In this document: one piece after another, positions 24,575 to 38,235 of the stretch
Layout of the letters: each line of letters starts with the position of its first letter
Position numbering within the stretch: position 1 is the first letter of the stretch
Assembly (NCBI RefSeq): GCF_030144855.1
Contig: NC_082731.1
Coordinates: forward strand, 24,676,001-24,740,000
Reading direction: 5' to 3'
DNA from: Hypanus sabinus
Taxonomy: Eukaryota
Length of the DNA stretch: 64,000 bases
Notes under the pieces: model-generated
What the model saw: the letters and a program-made list of their open reading frames with translations, nothing else
Database searches by the model: none
What the model was told of the DNA's origin: nothing
Position numbers and translations under genes: made by a program

Positions 24575-27500
24575 AGCAAGAGGCGGGGAGGAAAGAGGTA
24601 AAAGAACCTCGGAGAGAAGCTGTTTTGTTTGAACTGTTCACGGCAAAGTGGCTAGACTGAGCAGGCGCGTGAACGTCGGCGCGTGAGGTCTTGGGAGAAT
24701 TTAAATAGCAAGCAGAGGCTGAGTACGAGCTTCACTCCAGGTGAGGAAAGGCCGGGTAAACTACTTTAATTAATCTAATTAGATTAGGCGAAGGTAATGG
24801 AGGCAGCATTTAGGGCAGTTGTGCTCCGTTTACAGTATGTGAGAATTCAGGGCGAGCACTGTTGTCCATGATGACGACAGCTGCAAACGGTACATGGAGC
24901 TGCAGCTCCTGACAAACCGTGTTAGGGACCTTGAGCTGGAGCTGGATGTACTTCAGTTCATTCGGGAGGCAGAGGCAGAAATAAATGGGAGTTTCAGGGA
25001 GATTGTCACCGCTAGGAGTCAGGAGACAGGTAGTTGCGTGACCGTCAGGAGAGGAAGGGGAATAGACAGGAAGAGCAGAGCACTCTGTGTCAGTTCCCAT
25101 CAATAATAAGTGTATCGTTTTGAATACTGCTGTTGGGGCGACCTAACCGGAACAGGTTGTAGTTGTTTCTTCTCTGGCACCTAGACTGGACTCTCAGCTC
25201 AGAAGAGGAAGAGGGAAATAGAAGTGCAGTAGTTATAGGGGATTCGATAGTTAGTGGAACAGATATGTGTTTCTGTGGAAGAGATTGAGAATCCTGGATG
25301 GATAGTTGCCTCCCTGTGTCAGGGTCCACGATATATCGGATCGAGTTCTCAGTATCCTCAAGAGAGAAGGTGAGCAGCAGGAGGTCTTGGTCCATGTAGG
25401 GACCAATGACGTAGGTAGGAAAAGTGAGGAGCTCCTGAAAGGCGATGAAAGAGAGCTAGGATCCCAGTTAAAGGTCAGGACCTCCAGGAGAGCAATCTCA
25501 GGATTGCTTACAGTGCCACGTGCAGGTGCATTTAGAAATAACAAGATGTTGCAGATCAACACGCGAATAAGACATTGGGCAGTAGTGAGGGCTTCAGATT
25601 TATAGATAATTCCGTAGTTTCCAGGGAAGGAGGGACCTGTTCCGCCGGGACAGTTTACATCGGAACTGGAGGGGAACAAATACTCTTGCAGGTTGGTTTG
25701 CTAGAGAGTCTGCAGTGGATTTAATCTAGATACAAGAGTGGAGAAAAACCAGAATGTAGGAACAAATGTATGGGAGAAGGAAGCAAAAGAAGACTGTTAG
25801 AGATGAACAGAGAGTAAGAGGTGGACAATTTCTGAAATGCATCTATTATAATGCTAGGAGCATTGTAAGAAACGTGGATGACCTTAGAGCATGGATTGAT
25901 CACTGGAAACATGAAGTTGTAGCTCTTAGTGAAACATGATTGCAGGAGTGACGTGATAGGCAACTAAATATTCCTGGATTTCGGTGCATCAGGTGTGCTA
26001 GAATTTGAGGGACAAGAGGGGGAGATGTTGAGTTGCTTGTCAGATAAATTTTTACAGCGGTTCTCTGGCAAGATAGATTAGAGGGCTCGTCCAGGAAGAC
26101 AATTTAGGTGGAAGTGAGAAATGGGAAAGGTGTAGTTACACATAGGGTTGTACAGTAGACCATCTAATGGGAAGCGAGAATTGAAGAAGCAAATTTCCCA
26201 GGAGATAGCTGATATTTTTAGTAAGCACAGGGTTGTGATATGGGAGATATTATTTTTCAACACATAGACTGGGAAGCCTATACTCTAAAAGGGATGGATG
26301 GTTTGAAGTGTGTAAAATGTGTGCAGGATAGTTTTTGAGGCAATACATAGAGGTACCAAATAGAGAAGGAGCAGTGTTTCATATTCTGTTAGGGAATGTA
26401 ATAAGTCAGGTGACGCAGCTATGTGTTGGGGAGCACTTCGTATTCAGTGATCACAATGCCATTAGTTTCAATATAATCATGTAGAAGGATAGGATTGGAC
26501 CAAGGGTTTAAATTTTTGACGGGAGAAAGGCTAACTTTGAGGAGATGAGAAAGGACTTAGAAGGATTAAATTGGGACTTTTCTTTTCCATGGGAACGATG
26601 TAATAGAGAAATGGAGGTGATTTAAAGCTGAAATTTTGAGGGTACAGAACCTTTATGCTCCTGTTAGGTTGAAAGGAAAGGTTAAAAATTTGATAAATCC
26701 ATGCATTTCATTGGATATTGGAAACCTGATTAGGAAAGGAGATATATCTGCAATAAATATAGGCAGTTTGGAGTAAATGTGGTTCTGTAAGAATATAAAG
26801 AACGGAAGAAGAATCTTAAGATTGAAATTAGAAAAAAACTAAAAAAAAGATACGTGAATGCTTTGGCCAGTAAAGTGAATATAAATCCGAATGGTTTCCA
26901 CAGTTATATTAACAGTAAAAGGATAGTGAGGGATACAATTGGTCCCTTAGAGAATCATAGTGGTCAGCTATGTTTTGAGCTGAAAGAGATGGGGTATATT
27001 TTGAACAATTTATTTTCATCGGTATTCAATAAGGAGAAGGATATTGCTTTGTATAAGGTAATGGAAACAAGTAGGGAAGTTATGGAAACTATGAAGATTA
27101 AGGAAGAGGAAGTACTGGCGCTTTTGAGGAATATACAAGAGGATAAATCTCCGGTCCTGACAGGATATTCCCAAGGACTTTCTGGGATGTTAGTGTAGAA
27201 ATAGCAGGGGCTCTGGCAGCAATATGTAAAACGTCATTAGAAACGGGGATGGTGACTGAGAATTGGCGTTTTGCTCATGTGCTTCCATTGTTTAAAAAGG
27301 ATCTAAGAGTAAACCTAGCAATTATAGGCCTGTCAGTTTGACGTCAGTGGTGGGTAAATTAATGGAAAGTATTTTAGAGGTGGTATATATAATTATCTGG
27401 ATAGACACGGTCGTCTGATTAGAAAGTCCACATGGAATTGTGCGTGGAGGGTCACGTTTGACAAATATTATTGCATTTTTGAAGAGGTTACGAGGAAAAT

Positions 27501-28710
27501 TGGCTAGGTTAAAGCAGAGGATGTTTTCTATATGAACTTCAGTAAGGCCTTTGACAAGGTTCTGCACGGAAGGTTAGTTAGGAAGGTTCAATCTTTAGGT
27601 ATTAATATTGAAATAGTAAACTGGATTCAGCAGTGGCTGGATGGGAGATTTCAGAGAGTAGTCAGGAATAACTGTTTGTCAGGTCAGAGGCCGGTGACTA
27701 GTAGTGTGCCCCAGGGATCTCTACATGTTCTAATGTTGTCTGTCCTATACATTAAGGATCTGGATGATGGGGTTGTAAATTGAATTAGTAAGTATGCAGA
27801 TGATAATACGATGGAGTTGTGGATAATGAAGTAGGTTTTCAAAGTTTGCAGAGAGATTTAGTTCAGGTAGAAGAGTGGGCTGAACGTTGGTAGATGGAGC
27901 TTAGTGCTGATAAGTGTGAGGTGCTACATTTTTGTAAGTATAATCCAAATAGGACATGCATGATAAATGGTAGGGCATTGAAGAGTGCAGTAGAAAAAAA
28001 TGTTGTAGGAATAATGGAGCATAGTTCCCTGAAGGTGGAATAACATGTGGTTAGGGTGGTGAACAAGGCTTTTGGTATGTTGGCCTTTATAAATCTGAGC
28101 ATTGAGCATAGGAGTCGGGATGTAATTTTGAAATTGTACAAGGCATTGATAAGCCCGAACTTGTAGTTTTGTGTACAGTTTTTGTCCACGAATTATAGGA
28201 ATAAAGTCAACAAAATAGAGAGAGTACAGAAAATATTTACTAGAATATTACCGGGGATTCAGCACCTAAGTTACAGGCAAAGGTTGCCCAAGTTAGGCCT
28301 TTATTCCTTGGATCCTAGAAGGTTGAGGGCGGACTTGATAGAGGTATTATAAGTTATGCCAGGGAAAGATAGAGTTGACGTGGAGAGGCGTTTTTCCATT
28401 GTGAGTAGAGAGATTCACACAAGAGGACATGAGTTGAGAGTTAGGGGGCAAAAGTTTAAGAGTAACAAGAGAGGGAATTTCTTTACTCGGAGTGTGATAG
28501 CTGTGTGGAACGAGCTTCCAGTATACATTGTAGGGGCAGGTTCGATATTGTCATTTAAAGTAAAATTGGATAGGTGCACGGACTGGAAAGGAATGGAGGT
28601 TTATGGGCTTAGTGCGGGTCATTGGAACTAGGTAAGTAAGCGTTCGGTACGGACTGGAAGGACCGAGATGGCCTGTTTCCATGCTGCAATTCCTATATGG
28701 TATTTATAGT
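24575..28710 (+). mobile_element. Near full-length decayed CR1 LINE (5' UTR, SGNH/GDSL-esterase ORF1, ORF2)
   Basis: ORF1 LQLLTNRVRDLELEL, VIGDSIV, VLVHVGTNDVG...ISGLL; ORF2 endonuclease-RT motifs (FSKAFDKVLHG, VPQGS, WNELP); 3' tail. Confidence 0.88.
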
Positions 28711-28769
28711 TATATTCTCATAAAGAATGTTCCTTAGTACAGAAAACCTCTCGTAAATTCCCTCTGCAC

Positions 28770-30130
28770 CCTTTCCATGGTTTGTTCATCCTGCCTGTAG
28801 TGAGGCAAACATAATTCAGCGCAGTACTTCAAGTGGGGTCTGACCAGTGTCGTACAAAGCTGCAACATGACCTGTCGGCTCTTAAATCTAATCCCACATC
28901 GATGAAGACCAATGGGCCATAAGACTTATTAATGGCGGACTCAACTGCGTAGCAGCTTTGAGTGTCCTATGTATTCGTACCCCAAGCTTGCAATCAATGC
29001 TAAATTCTGTCATCACATTTGACCTACCAAATTAAAACATCTCACACTTATCTGGGTTGGACTCCATCTGCCAGTTCTGAGCCAAGTTTTGCATCCTTTC
29101 AATGACCCGATGTAGTATCTACCAGCCATCCATGCTATTCACAACACCACCATACGTTGTGTCTTCAGCAAATTTATAAATCCATCTCTCCACTTCCTCA
29201 TACAGGTTATTTATAAAAATTACAAATGTTTGTGGTCACAGAACAGATCCCTGAGGCACAACACTTATCACCGGCCACCATGCAGAATATGACCAGCCTA
29301 CAACAACGTTTTGCCTTCTGTGGGCATCCATTTCTGGATCCACAAAACAATATCCCCTTTGTTTCCCTTGCCTCCTTACTTTCCCAATAAGCCTTGCATG
29401 CTTACCTTATTAAATGTTGCTAAAATCAGCATACACTACATTTATGACTCTACCTTCATCATTCAGTTTCGTCACTTACTCAAAAAAATCAATCAAGCTC
29501 TTCAGCCAAGACCGGCCTTTGGCAAAGCCATGCTGACTATTCTTAATCATTTTTTGCATCTTCCAATCCCGTATCTCAGGATCTTCTCCATCGACTTAGC
29601 AACAACTGAAGTAAGACTCATTGGTCTGCAACTTCCTTGGTATACCTACCCCCTTTCTTGAATAAGGGGACAGCATTCGCAGTCCTGCAAAGTTCCGGAA
29701 CCACTTCCATCTTCATTGATAATTCTAAGATGACTCAGGTGCTCAAAAATCTCCTACTTCGGTTCACACAGTAGCCTGCATACATCCCGTTCGTTCACAG
29801 AGACTTAGCCAAGTTGATGCTTTCCAAAAGCTCCATCCTCCAGCATATCCTCTTCCTTAAAATCTACATGCTGAAGCCTTTCAATGCGCTGCAAGTCCTC
29901 CCTACAATCTCGAAGTTATTTTTTTCCTTAGCGAATACTGAAGCAAACTATTCATTAACTACTCCTGTCATCCCTTTCTTTTCCATAAACACGTTTCCAC
30001 TTTGAGACATGATTGGTCCTATTATTTCACTGTTTATCCTTTGTGCTCACGTACTTGTAGATTTTCCGAAACGCTGTCCACAAGGCCTTTTCATGTCCCC
30101 TTCTGATTCTCCAAATTTCATTTTTGAGCT
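28770..30130 (-). mobile_element. Decayed CR1 LINE ORF2 (RT region)
   Basis: Reverse complement of QMEF..DKCEV, VPQGSVL and YRPMSLTSV regions. Confidence 0.7.
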
Positions 30131-30229
30131 CTTTTCTGCTAAGTTTATAATCTCTTATATCTCCATAATTGCTATATATCTATAATATCACTATAATTAG
30201 CTATTTGAAACTTTCGTAATCAGGTTGCC

Positions 30230-32197
30230 GAATAGGCTATAACTCACCGGGGACGTAATATAAGTGAAGTTAGCCATTGTCTGACCGTTCAAGGTGTTCG
30301 CCACCAATAGCGACTGGAGAGAAGACGTGGATAATACTCACTGGGAAGCCAAGCCACAATCGATAAACCACTCCACCGCACCAGAATCGACCAAGACAGA
30401 GAGTGTTAGCCGTTGGACACCCCACACCAGCGAAACAGAATTGAGGGTGAATGGCGTCGAGGTGGGCTGGACAAGGATCACGCTCACCAGTGCGCCCCGT
30501 CCTGCTGGTGAGCTGTTGCATTTTACTGGGCCAGTGAAGATCAATTCGTCTGGTTGGACACAGTACAGACAGGGCTGGATGTTGATTTTTCTTTGTCTTT
30601 CAGTTCGCTTTAGCCAGGTACAGTTAACCTAAATAGCTTCGGGCTCTGGAGAGGTAATAGTAGATAGGGGCAAACGGCAGTACAAAGTAGGATAACGAGG
30701 AGCCTGGAATTCACCCAGCGTCCGCAAGGACCTTCTGGAAACCTCCAAGCATCCTTCGCCACACCCCGCGGCACTGCTGAAGGCGACCATCAATACGTAT
30801 GGCCAAATTCAACAGCGTTTCAAATGCGGCACCAAGGTTCTGGATGACCAGCTCATATTTGACATGTTCGGAGAGGTCATACAGGAAGGTGTCGTGCTGC
30901 GCCACCGAGTTCCAGCTGCTGGAGTTGGCTAGGATCTGGAACTCTATAGCATAATCTGACACAGATCTGCGCTCCTGGTGCATGTGCAGCATTTCACGAG
31001 CAGCCTCTCTCCCAAGTTTGGAGCCATCAAACACTGCTATAATTTCCCCAGGGGAAAATAAAAACACTGATAACTGATGCAGAAAGGTGGACCTGCCCCA
31101 AAGTCGGCTTTTCCCCATTCTTTCACCCGGCCGGACAGTTGAGTGATGAGTTAGGCCATCTTGGCTTGATCAGTCGGATAAGTTGTTGTTTGTGATTCAA
31201 AAATGAGGGTGCACTGGTCGAGAAAAAGAAACGGCAGGTACCAGGCTAAACTGAGTACTTTACTGGATTAGGCAGACGGGGGTGTTGGATATGAGCTGTA
31301 AGTGAAAACACAGATGACGGAGCGGAAGATGCAGTCGTAGAATATTGATGTGCGCTCTGGAGCGTCTAGAGTGACTGGGACTGGACCAGAAGGTCGGCTA
31401 CATTGGCAGAAAGCGACTCTAATGATCTAAACACTGAGTCCAGCGCGTTCTGGTGTCTGCCGTATAAAATTCCCCGTTGTTTCAGGACGGCTCTCAAACT
31501 ACCGGGGCCTGCTCAATTCACTTTGGCTAAATTGTACTGTCAGTGCGCTGAAACTTGGATCCAATCGCGGACCGAGTACTGTGCTCACTATGATACTTAC
31601 TGAGTAACAAATACAGCGGTCAACAAAGTCCGCATCAAAGATTCCAGAGAAATAAAAAAAAACAATACAAAACAATATCGGGAAACAGTCGGTGGAGATA
31701 TTCGGACGGATAGAGTTCAACTACGAAGGCGGCAAAGTGTCAGAAAAACTGACTGCACAATTTGGCAACGTGCAGGTGATCGCACAGGCCTAAAATACAC
31801 TGAACAATAAACAGGTGATAGATGTAGAATAAATAGAAGCAGGTGATAGGTGTAGAATAATGAGACGAAATGCAGCAAAACAGGTAATAATGAGAAACAG
31901 GTGATAGGCGAAGTGCACAGTTATACAAGGGCCGGAGTCGAGCAGGAGCGGACACAGCAACACAGGGGACGTGAAAACAAACAAGAGTACATGACAATAC
32001 AAAAGCACAGGCTGACGGCTATGTGGAAAACACACAAAAATACAAAGTTTAACTGGAAGTACTAACACTTTGGCACGTAGTATATCTTGTCCAGGTGATC
32101 TGTGCACCTTAAATACTTTGCGCTTGCAATAGTAAAGTCAAGCACTCCTGTTCCTTGACATTCAGCGACCTCTGGCGCACTGCTAGTGTCTCTGACA
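30230..32197 (-). mobile_element. Truncated Ty3/Gypsy LTR element (LTR, gag, protease remnant)
   Basis: Retrotransposon-gag motif RSVSDYAIEFQILANSSSWN, protease VLVDSGA..WFID, LTR with ACAGGTGATA tandem motifs, TG terminus at 32197. Confidence 0.75.
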
Positions 32198-33544
32198 GTG
32201 TATACTGATGCAGAAAAGCCATCAAGTTCATCCATCATTTTTATCTCCTATTGGTTGATCCCCAGCAACATTTTACAGTGATCCAATATCAAGGATCACC
32301 ACGCTTTTACTCTTTATGCAACTGAAAACAAGTCCATTGGTACCTGCTTTATACTATTAGCTAGTCTGCAGTCGTATTTTTTTTTCTCTTCTTATATCGT
32401 TTATAGTTTCCTTTTGTTAGATTTTAAAAGCTTCCCAATCATCCTTCTATACACTTTTGCCACCTAATATACTCTTTCCTTTGCTTATATGCAGTACTTA
32501 AATAATCTTTTTTCATGCATTTATGTCTTCCCTTGCCATTTGTGTAATATCGTCCCCTGTGGGGGGTCTGCACCATGCACCTTGTGAGCTCTTCCAAGCC
32601 CTTCAGTAAAGTGTGCTCGATTGTCATCACCGACGGAATCGCCTCCAATCGATCTGTGCAAGCTCCTTTCTCATACCTGTCAATCTCTTAGTTTATTTGC
32701 GACCCTAATATATGTGGGTTATGCGTTCACTTTCAAATTATAGTGTGAATTAAATCATATTATGATCATTACCTCCCAAGGGTTCCTTTTCGTGAAGCAC
32801 ACTGATAATTCTGCGTTACTACAAAACAACAAATCTTCAATTCAGCTCAAGTACAAGGTGCTCCATAAAGCCATTTCTTAGGTCTACAACAAGTTCCCTC
32901 TCTTGGGATACGACACCAACCTGAGTTTCCCATTCAGCCTTCATATTGTATTCCCCTATTAACAATTGTCACATTATCCTGATTACATGCCGTTTGCATA
33001 TCCTTTGCAATATAAACCCTGGAGCGTGGCTGCTGTTTTGTGGCCTATGTATGATTTTGATTTATGCGTATAGTTTACTTGCATTTAAATACAGAGCCTT
33101 CAATTCTAGATTCTTGGCTGTTTTGAATTTTGGCTCTGTTTTAACTGCATATAAACTACAGACAAAACTTTGGAATTTCCTTCAACACCTGTTAAAGTAC
33201 TGGCGCACTATAATCACATGAACTATGAACAATCATAAACAACAACTGCATTTATCAAAATAAGTCGCTGCATTTCCCAGGGCGGCTCTATAAACCCACA
33301 ATAATTTGGTTTCGCGTTACACACGAGCTCTAATATATGCAGAGGACGAAAAGCGCGATTCAAATCGGAAATAACAAAATAAATGACATTTAGCACCGTC
33401 TCCCGCATAAACGATTTGAAATTACTCTTTCAGCAGAAAAGCAGAAGCAATTAATTAGTGAAAGCGTTTTCTAATGATATACACCTGAAATTTAAATTGC
33501 TTGACGACAAAGTATTAAACACAATGAAATATGCAATAAGATTT

Positions 33545-34425
33545 CCAAAATGGCGGTTCAACGCAGCTTGCAGCGGCCACTCCGGAGCTGATTATCTGTT
33601 ATTTGTGAACTGTGGTACCGTGGACAATCAGAATCCATTGAAACCGGAAGTAGCAGCACGGAGTAACATCGGGAAATCTCCAGGAAGACCATCTTCGTTG
33701 CTGCTGATGCTGCTGTGAAGATTCTGCTGGGAAGAACAGTCCCCTATTCCTCGGGATGGCGTTGCCGATGGCCGTTGGCGGGGCCGGCTAAATTCGCTCG
33801 GCAGAGGATGGAGCTCGCAGAAGTCGGAGTCCGCTGCGGTCAGGTCGTTTTCGGTGTGTGCTGCATCTGCGAGGCTGGGTTCGACGGAGCTTTCGTTATG
33901 TGCTGCGTCTGCACGGCTGAGTCGGTCGGCACCGTGGAAGTCCATAGCGGGTGTATTCCCTTCGGCCGCAGGCGTGGGATGGCGAGTCCGTCGGGACGCT
34001 GGGGACTTGTGAAAGCTGTGTGGTGATTTATTTTGAACTTATAGTCCTTTACCATCTTTGGACTATTTTCACTGTGCCCATAGACTGTCTTTTTTTTATC
34101 AATTATGCTATCGTTTGGACTGTTGTAACTATATGCTGTAACTATGTGGTTTTGTGCAGCTCTTGTAGCTTTAGTTGTTGGTCTTCTTTGTCTGGTGGAT
34201 TTGGGGCTCATTTTCGGGAAACGCCCTAAGACGGTAGCGCGATAATAATACACAGCACCCGCTTGGACTCTGGATTGGGGATTGCCAAACGTTATGTGGA
34301 TTTTCTAGTGTAGCCTGTTTTGTCACATGCTTTTGTGATATCATTCTGATGAATCGTTGTCTCATTTTTTAACTGCATTGCATTTGTGGTTTCTAAATGA
34401 TAATAAACTGAATCTGAATCTGAAT
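33545..34425 (+). mobile_element. Non-LTR-type interspersed repeat with (CTGAAT)n tail
   Basis: GC-rich 5' part and 3' AATAAACTGAATCTGAATCTGAAT tail. Confidence 0.55.
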
Positions 34426-35829
34426 AGAGCTAGCTGAATATGAAACAGCGCAGCGGATTGCAATACAACTGAGGGATGCAAATGAAACCGTTAAATACAC
34501 GGGCTTTGAACGAGCAAAAAAAATAGATATTTATTTAATAATGGGATCCGAAATGACATATTTCATAAAACACTGTTTGCTGAGAGTACACCTGTATAGA
34601 GCAGAACGAACAACACAATAGCCAGATAAGAATTCGAATGATATATTTTCATCAACGACAACAGGATCTACAAGGGATCAGCAGCATATTGATACAAGTA
34701 TACATCAGTAAACCTGAGCGAAATCTCAGCACAGAAAAAATGAAGAATTTGCCACACTGGAAAGAAAAATACACAGCTGATAGAACTGCATGACTTTCCA
34801 GGAAAGACATTCCCACGAGCTGAGCAGACAGGACATCGTGAAAGAAGCGCGGATGGCCTGGCTCAGATTTGGAAACCACTTCACTGGAATAGGCAGTTCC
34901 TCATGGCAATGTAGACAAGCAGTTTAAAAGAAAAACATATCAGAGCACGTAATAAAGACCAACAAATCCAGGAAGCTAAATGCATAAACTCTGCAACAGT
35001 TCAACACAAATTGATAATTTATACATGCAGAATCTAGAAGCAATATCAGTCAGCAAAATCTTTCCATAAACTGCAAACACATGAAAGGCACCATTCATTA
35101 CTGAAATGCAATTTTGAATGCGCTTTAAAGTCACAGGGTCCACAAATAATATTATGACCAAGCTGTTACTAAAGACAGTACAATCCAGAAAATTGATTGG
35201 ACATAATTACCCAGGATAAATGAGCTGGAATTATATATTAATTAATTTACTTGACCAATCCAATACACATAACATACAAAAGCAAGTAAATAAGAGATAA
35301 CCACAAAAATACTGAATTGAAAGGGGAAACTGAAAGATCATGCAAATTGAGCAAATATCCATAGTCCAAATAGAAACATCTACAAATGATAATGATCGGA
35401 AGATTACTACACAATAGTATTAACGAAGCAAGCCGCCTCTTTAATATATTTGTAAATCTCCAGCAAGCCACAAATATTTAAGTTAAAAAGGGCTCGAGTA
35501 ATATAAAAGTTGTTTGCAATTGTACTTAACGATGCCAGTCTCTCATGTATTACAGGTCTGATATGTGTTTTTCAAACAAATCTCCGACAGCCTAGCTCAG
35601 ATTAGGAGACCTCTTCCCAAACACATGGAAGGTCATGTTGACAATATAGGGTCAGGGTGTTAGCACTATTATATTACAATAAATAAGAAACTAACAAAAC
35701 CAAGATGATGAAAGAAGCAAATTCCAAGAGAAACCAGCAACGATCCATTCATTGTAGGGTCCTGCAGCAACTTAACGCAAACTGATTACACACACAGGCA
35801 CAATCAAGGGACAATCATCACTCTGCAGA

Positions 35830-36900
35830 ACCTTTACTCATTTATTTACATTCATACTTATTTTTATTGCTCATTTATTTATTACTCATTTACTTATTAT
35901 ATCTTACATCCGTGACAGAACGAAGCGATAAAAATCTCCGAATGCTGAGTCTGTCTCAATGTACAGACATGTGAATTTATACGTCTAATTGTTTGCAGAA
36001 GGAAGTTGTACCGGAGCCTCTGGGATTTGTCGTTAATGCTGACGTACCATAATCCTGACGGAAGCAGTCGATAAATCTTATGGTTGTGGCGACTGTCGTC
36101 CCTTCTGAACATCCAGGCCTTATTTACCCATCTGGAGGGCAGGTAATGGAGATGTTGGTCTGTCCATACTACCCACTGCAGAGCTGAACTATCAAAATTG
36201 GCGCAAGTATGTACGAGACTATGATTTAGCCAGTCTGAACTTTCTCAATGGTCTCCCTGTAGAATGTCTTCAGGATTTTGAGGCCTATGCCGAACTTGTT
36301 CTGTCACCTGACGTGGAAGAGACTCTTATGATTGCTTGCCTTTGCCCCCGCACAGCCTGTGTCTTGCAAGTGAGATCTTCGGTGATCTCTATGAGGAGGT
36401 ACTTGAAACATCTCACCATCCCATCTGCCCTCCCATTGATGATGATCGGGACCAGCGTGTTTTCTTTCATCCTTTAATACGCGATCAGATCTTTTGATTT
36501 GGGATGATTGAGGAAGTGATTGTTATTTATCACGGTGCCAAGTTGAATACCTCTCCTCTGTAGGATCTCTTTTCACCGCAAGATAAAAAGCTGATCAATG
36601 TTGCGACATCATCTCTTGGAACTGCGTTGCAGAAAAGAGAGTAGAGTAAAAGGAGTAGAGGAAGAAACCGACGAAACGACGCTGGGGGTGGGGGAGGCAC
36701 TTGTGTTGAGAGTCAAAGTGGCAGAGGTGGAGTAACCAGTGTTTACCATGCAATCAGAAGTCCAGGCACGAGCTGTACAACGATGGGTGCGGAGCGATGT
36801 CTGTGGAGTTCATGTCATGTCTGCGGGAATTATCGTGTTTAATGCTGAACTGTAAATTAGAAAAAAAAACATTATAACGTATGCGACTTTCTTCAGGGTG
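35830..36900 (-). mobile_element. REX1-like LINE RT/3' fragment
   Basis: Minus ORF PIIING...V.CFKYL.I.ITEDL and degenerate C-terminal motifs. Confidence 0.6.
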
Positions 36901-37096
36901 TTTCAGGATGCAAAATGAAAACTGAGCAAAGTAAGCTTATTTCACTATAAATACTAAGCTGCCCCAATTTTACAGCAAGAATCCTACACTTTATACTACG
37001 AGGAAAAAAATATTACAGAAAGGACAATTAGTTACACTGGCAGGTCGTGCCATACTCCCCCCAGCCTCTTAAGTGACGAAGTTTTAACTATCTATC

Positions 37097-37257
37097 NNNN
37101 NNNNNNNNNNNNNNNNNNNNNNNNNNNNNNNNNNNNNNNNNNNNNNNNNNNNNNNNNNNNNNNNNNNNNNNNNNNNNNNNNNNNNNNNNNNNNNNNNNNN
37201 NNNNNNNNNNNNNNNNNNNNNNNNNNNNNNNNNNNNNNNNNNNNNNNNNNNNNNNNN
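37097..37257. other. Assembly gap
   Basis: N run. Confidence 0.98.
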
Positions 37258-37959
37258 TCAGCATCTTCTAATTTCAATCGAGAGAGAGAGGTCAACACAC
37301 TTGTTTGCAGCATTAGAACAAGCCGTGTTTATCCTTTAAGTCATGAGGTGCTGCGGTAGTTTAAAATCAGTCTAGAGGAGGTACAAAATGGAGTTACTTC
37401 ACGGGCTCAAATACCGTTCACTTTTTATTAGGCCAATTAGTGAAATAAAGTATATTCATCTTTCAGGATCATGTCGATTGAAATCCATGATACTGCCTTC
37501 CAAGTACTTAAGAGCAAACAGAGACTTGCGGAATTCCACGAAATCAAAATGTGGCGTTCTGAAAATAACATATTGCCCTCTTTTACCCCGGCACATCATT
37601 TCGCAACTTGCAATTTCTTACTTATGATTTTAGAACAGACAGATTTTTGGACTGCTGATCGGCAACTAAAAACATGTCATTACGTATCACTTTAGGCCAT
37701 TTTTTGCATTTCTGAAAAAGCATTTTCTGTCATTCAGTTTGATATCCCAGAAGACTGTCATCCATTTCCAGTATCTCCTCATAACCATTCATGTATTTTT
37801 GGTGTCTCAATTGCTGTGATGTTTATTCGGATGCGATTGCTTGATTCCTCCCACTAATTATTTGCTAATAGCATATTTGGAAGAATGTCGAACATTCCCA
37901 TGACAGACTTTGCAGAATTGTGGTGATCATTTCATATGAGCTGTGCTGTATAGAATAGC

Positions 37960-38235
37960 AGTTATAGACAATAGACAATAGACAATAGGTGCAGAAGTAG
38001 ACCATTCGGCCCCGCGAGTCTGCACCGCCATTCTGTGATCATGGCCAATCATTCACTAAGAATACCCACTCCCTGCCTTGTCCCCAATATCCCTTGATTC
38101 CCCTATCCATCAGATATCTATCTAGCTCCTTCTTGAAAGCATCCCGAGAATTGGTCTCCACCGTCTTCCGAGGCAGTGCATTCCACAACTCCACAACTCT
38201 CTGTGAGAAGAAGTTTTTCCTCAACTCTGTTTTAA
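37960..38235 (-). mobile_element. CR1 3' end with (ACAATAG)n tail
   Basis: ELRKNFFSQRVVELWNALP...FKKELDRYL on minus strand; tandem tail at 37963-37990. Confidence 0.8.

Noticed and set aside
31790-31990. Repeated ACAGGTGATA units resembling a CRISPR-like array
   Set aside because: Irregular short tandem motifs inside an LTR of a eukaryotic retrotransposon; no constant repeat/spacer structure.
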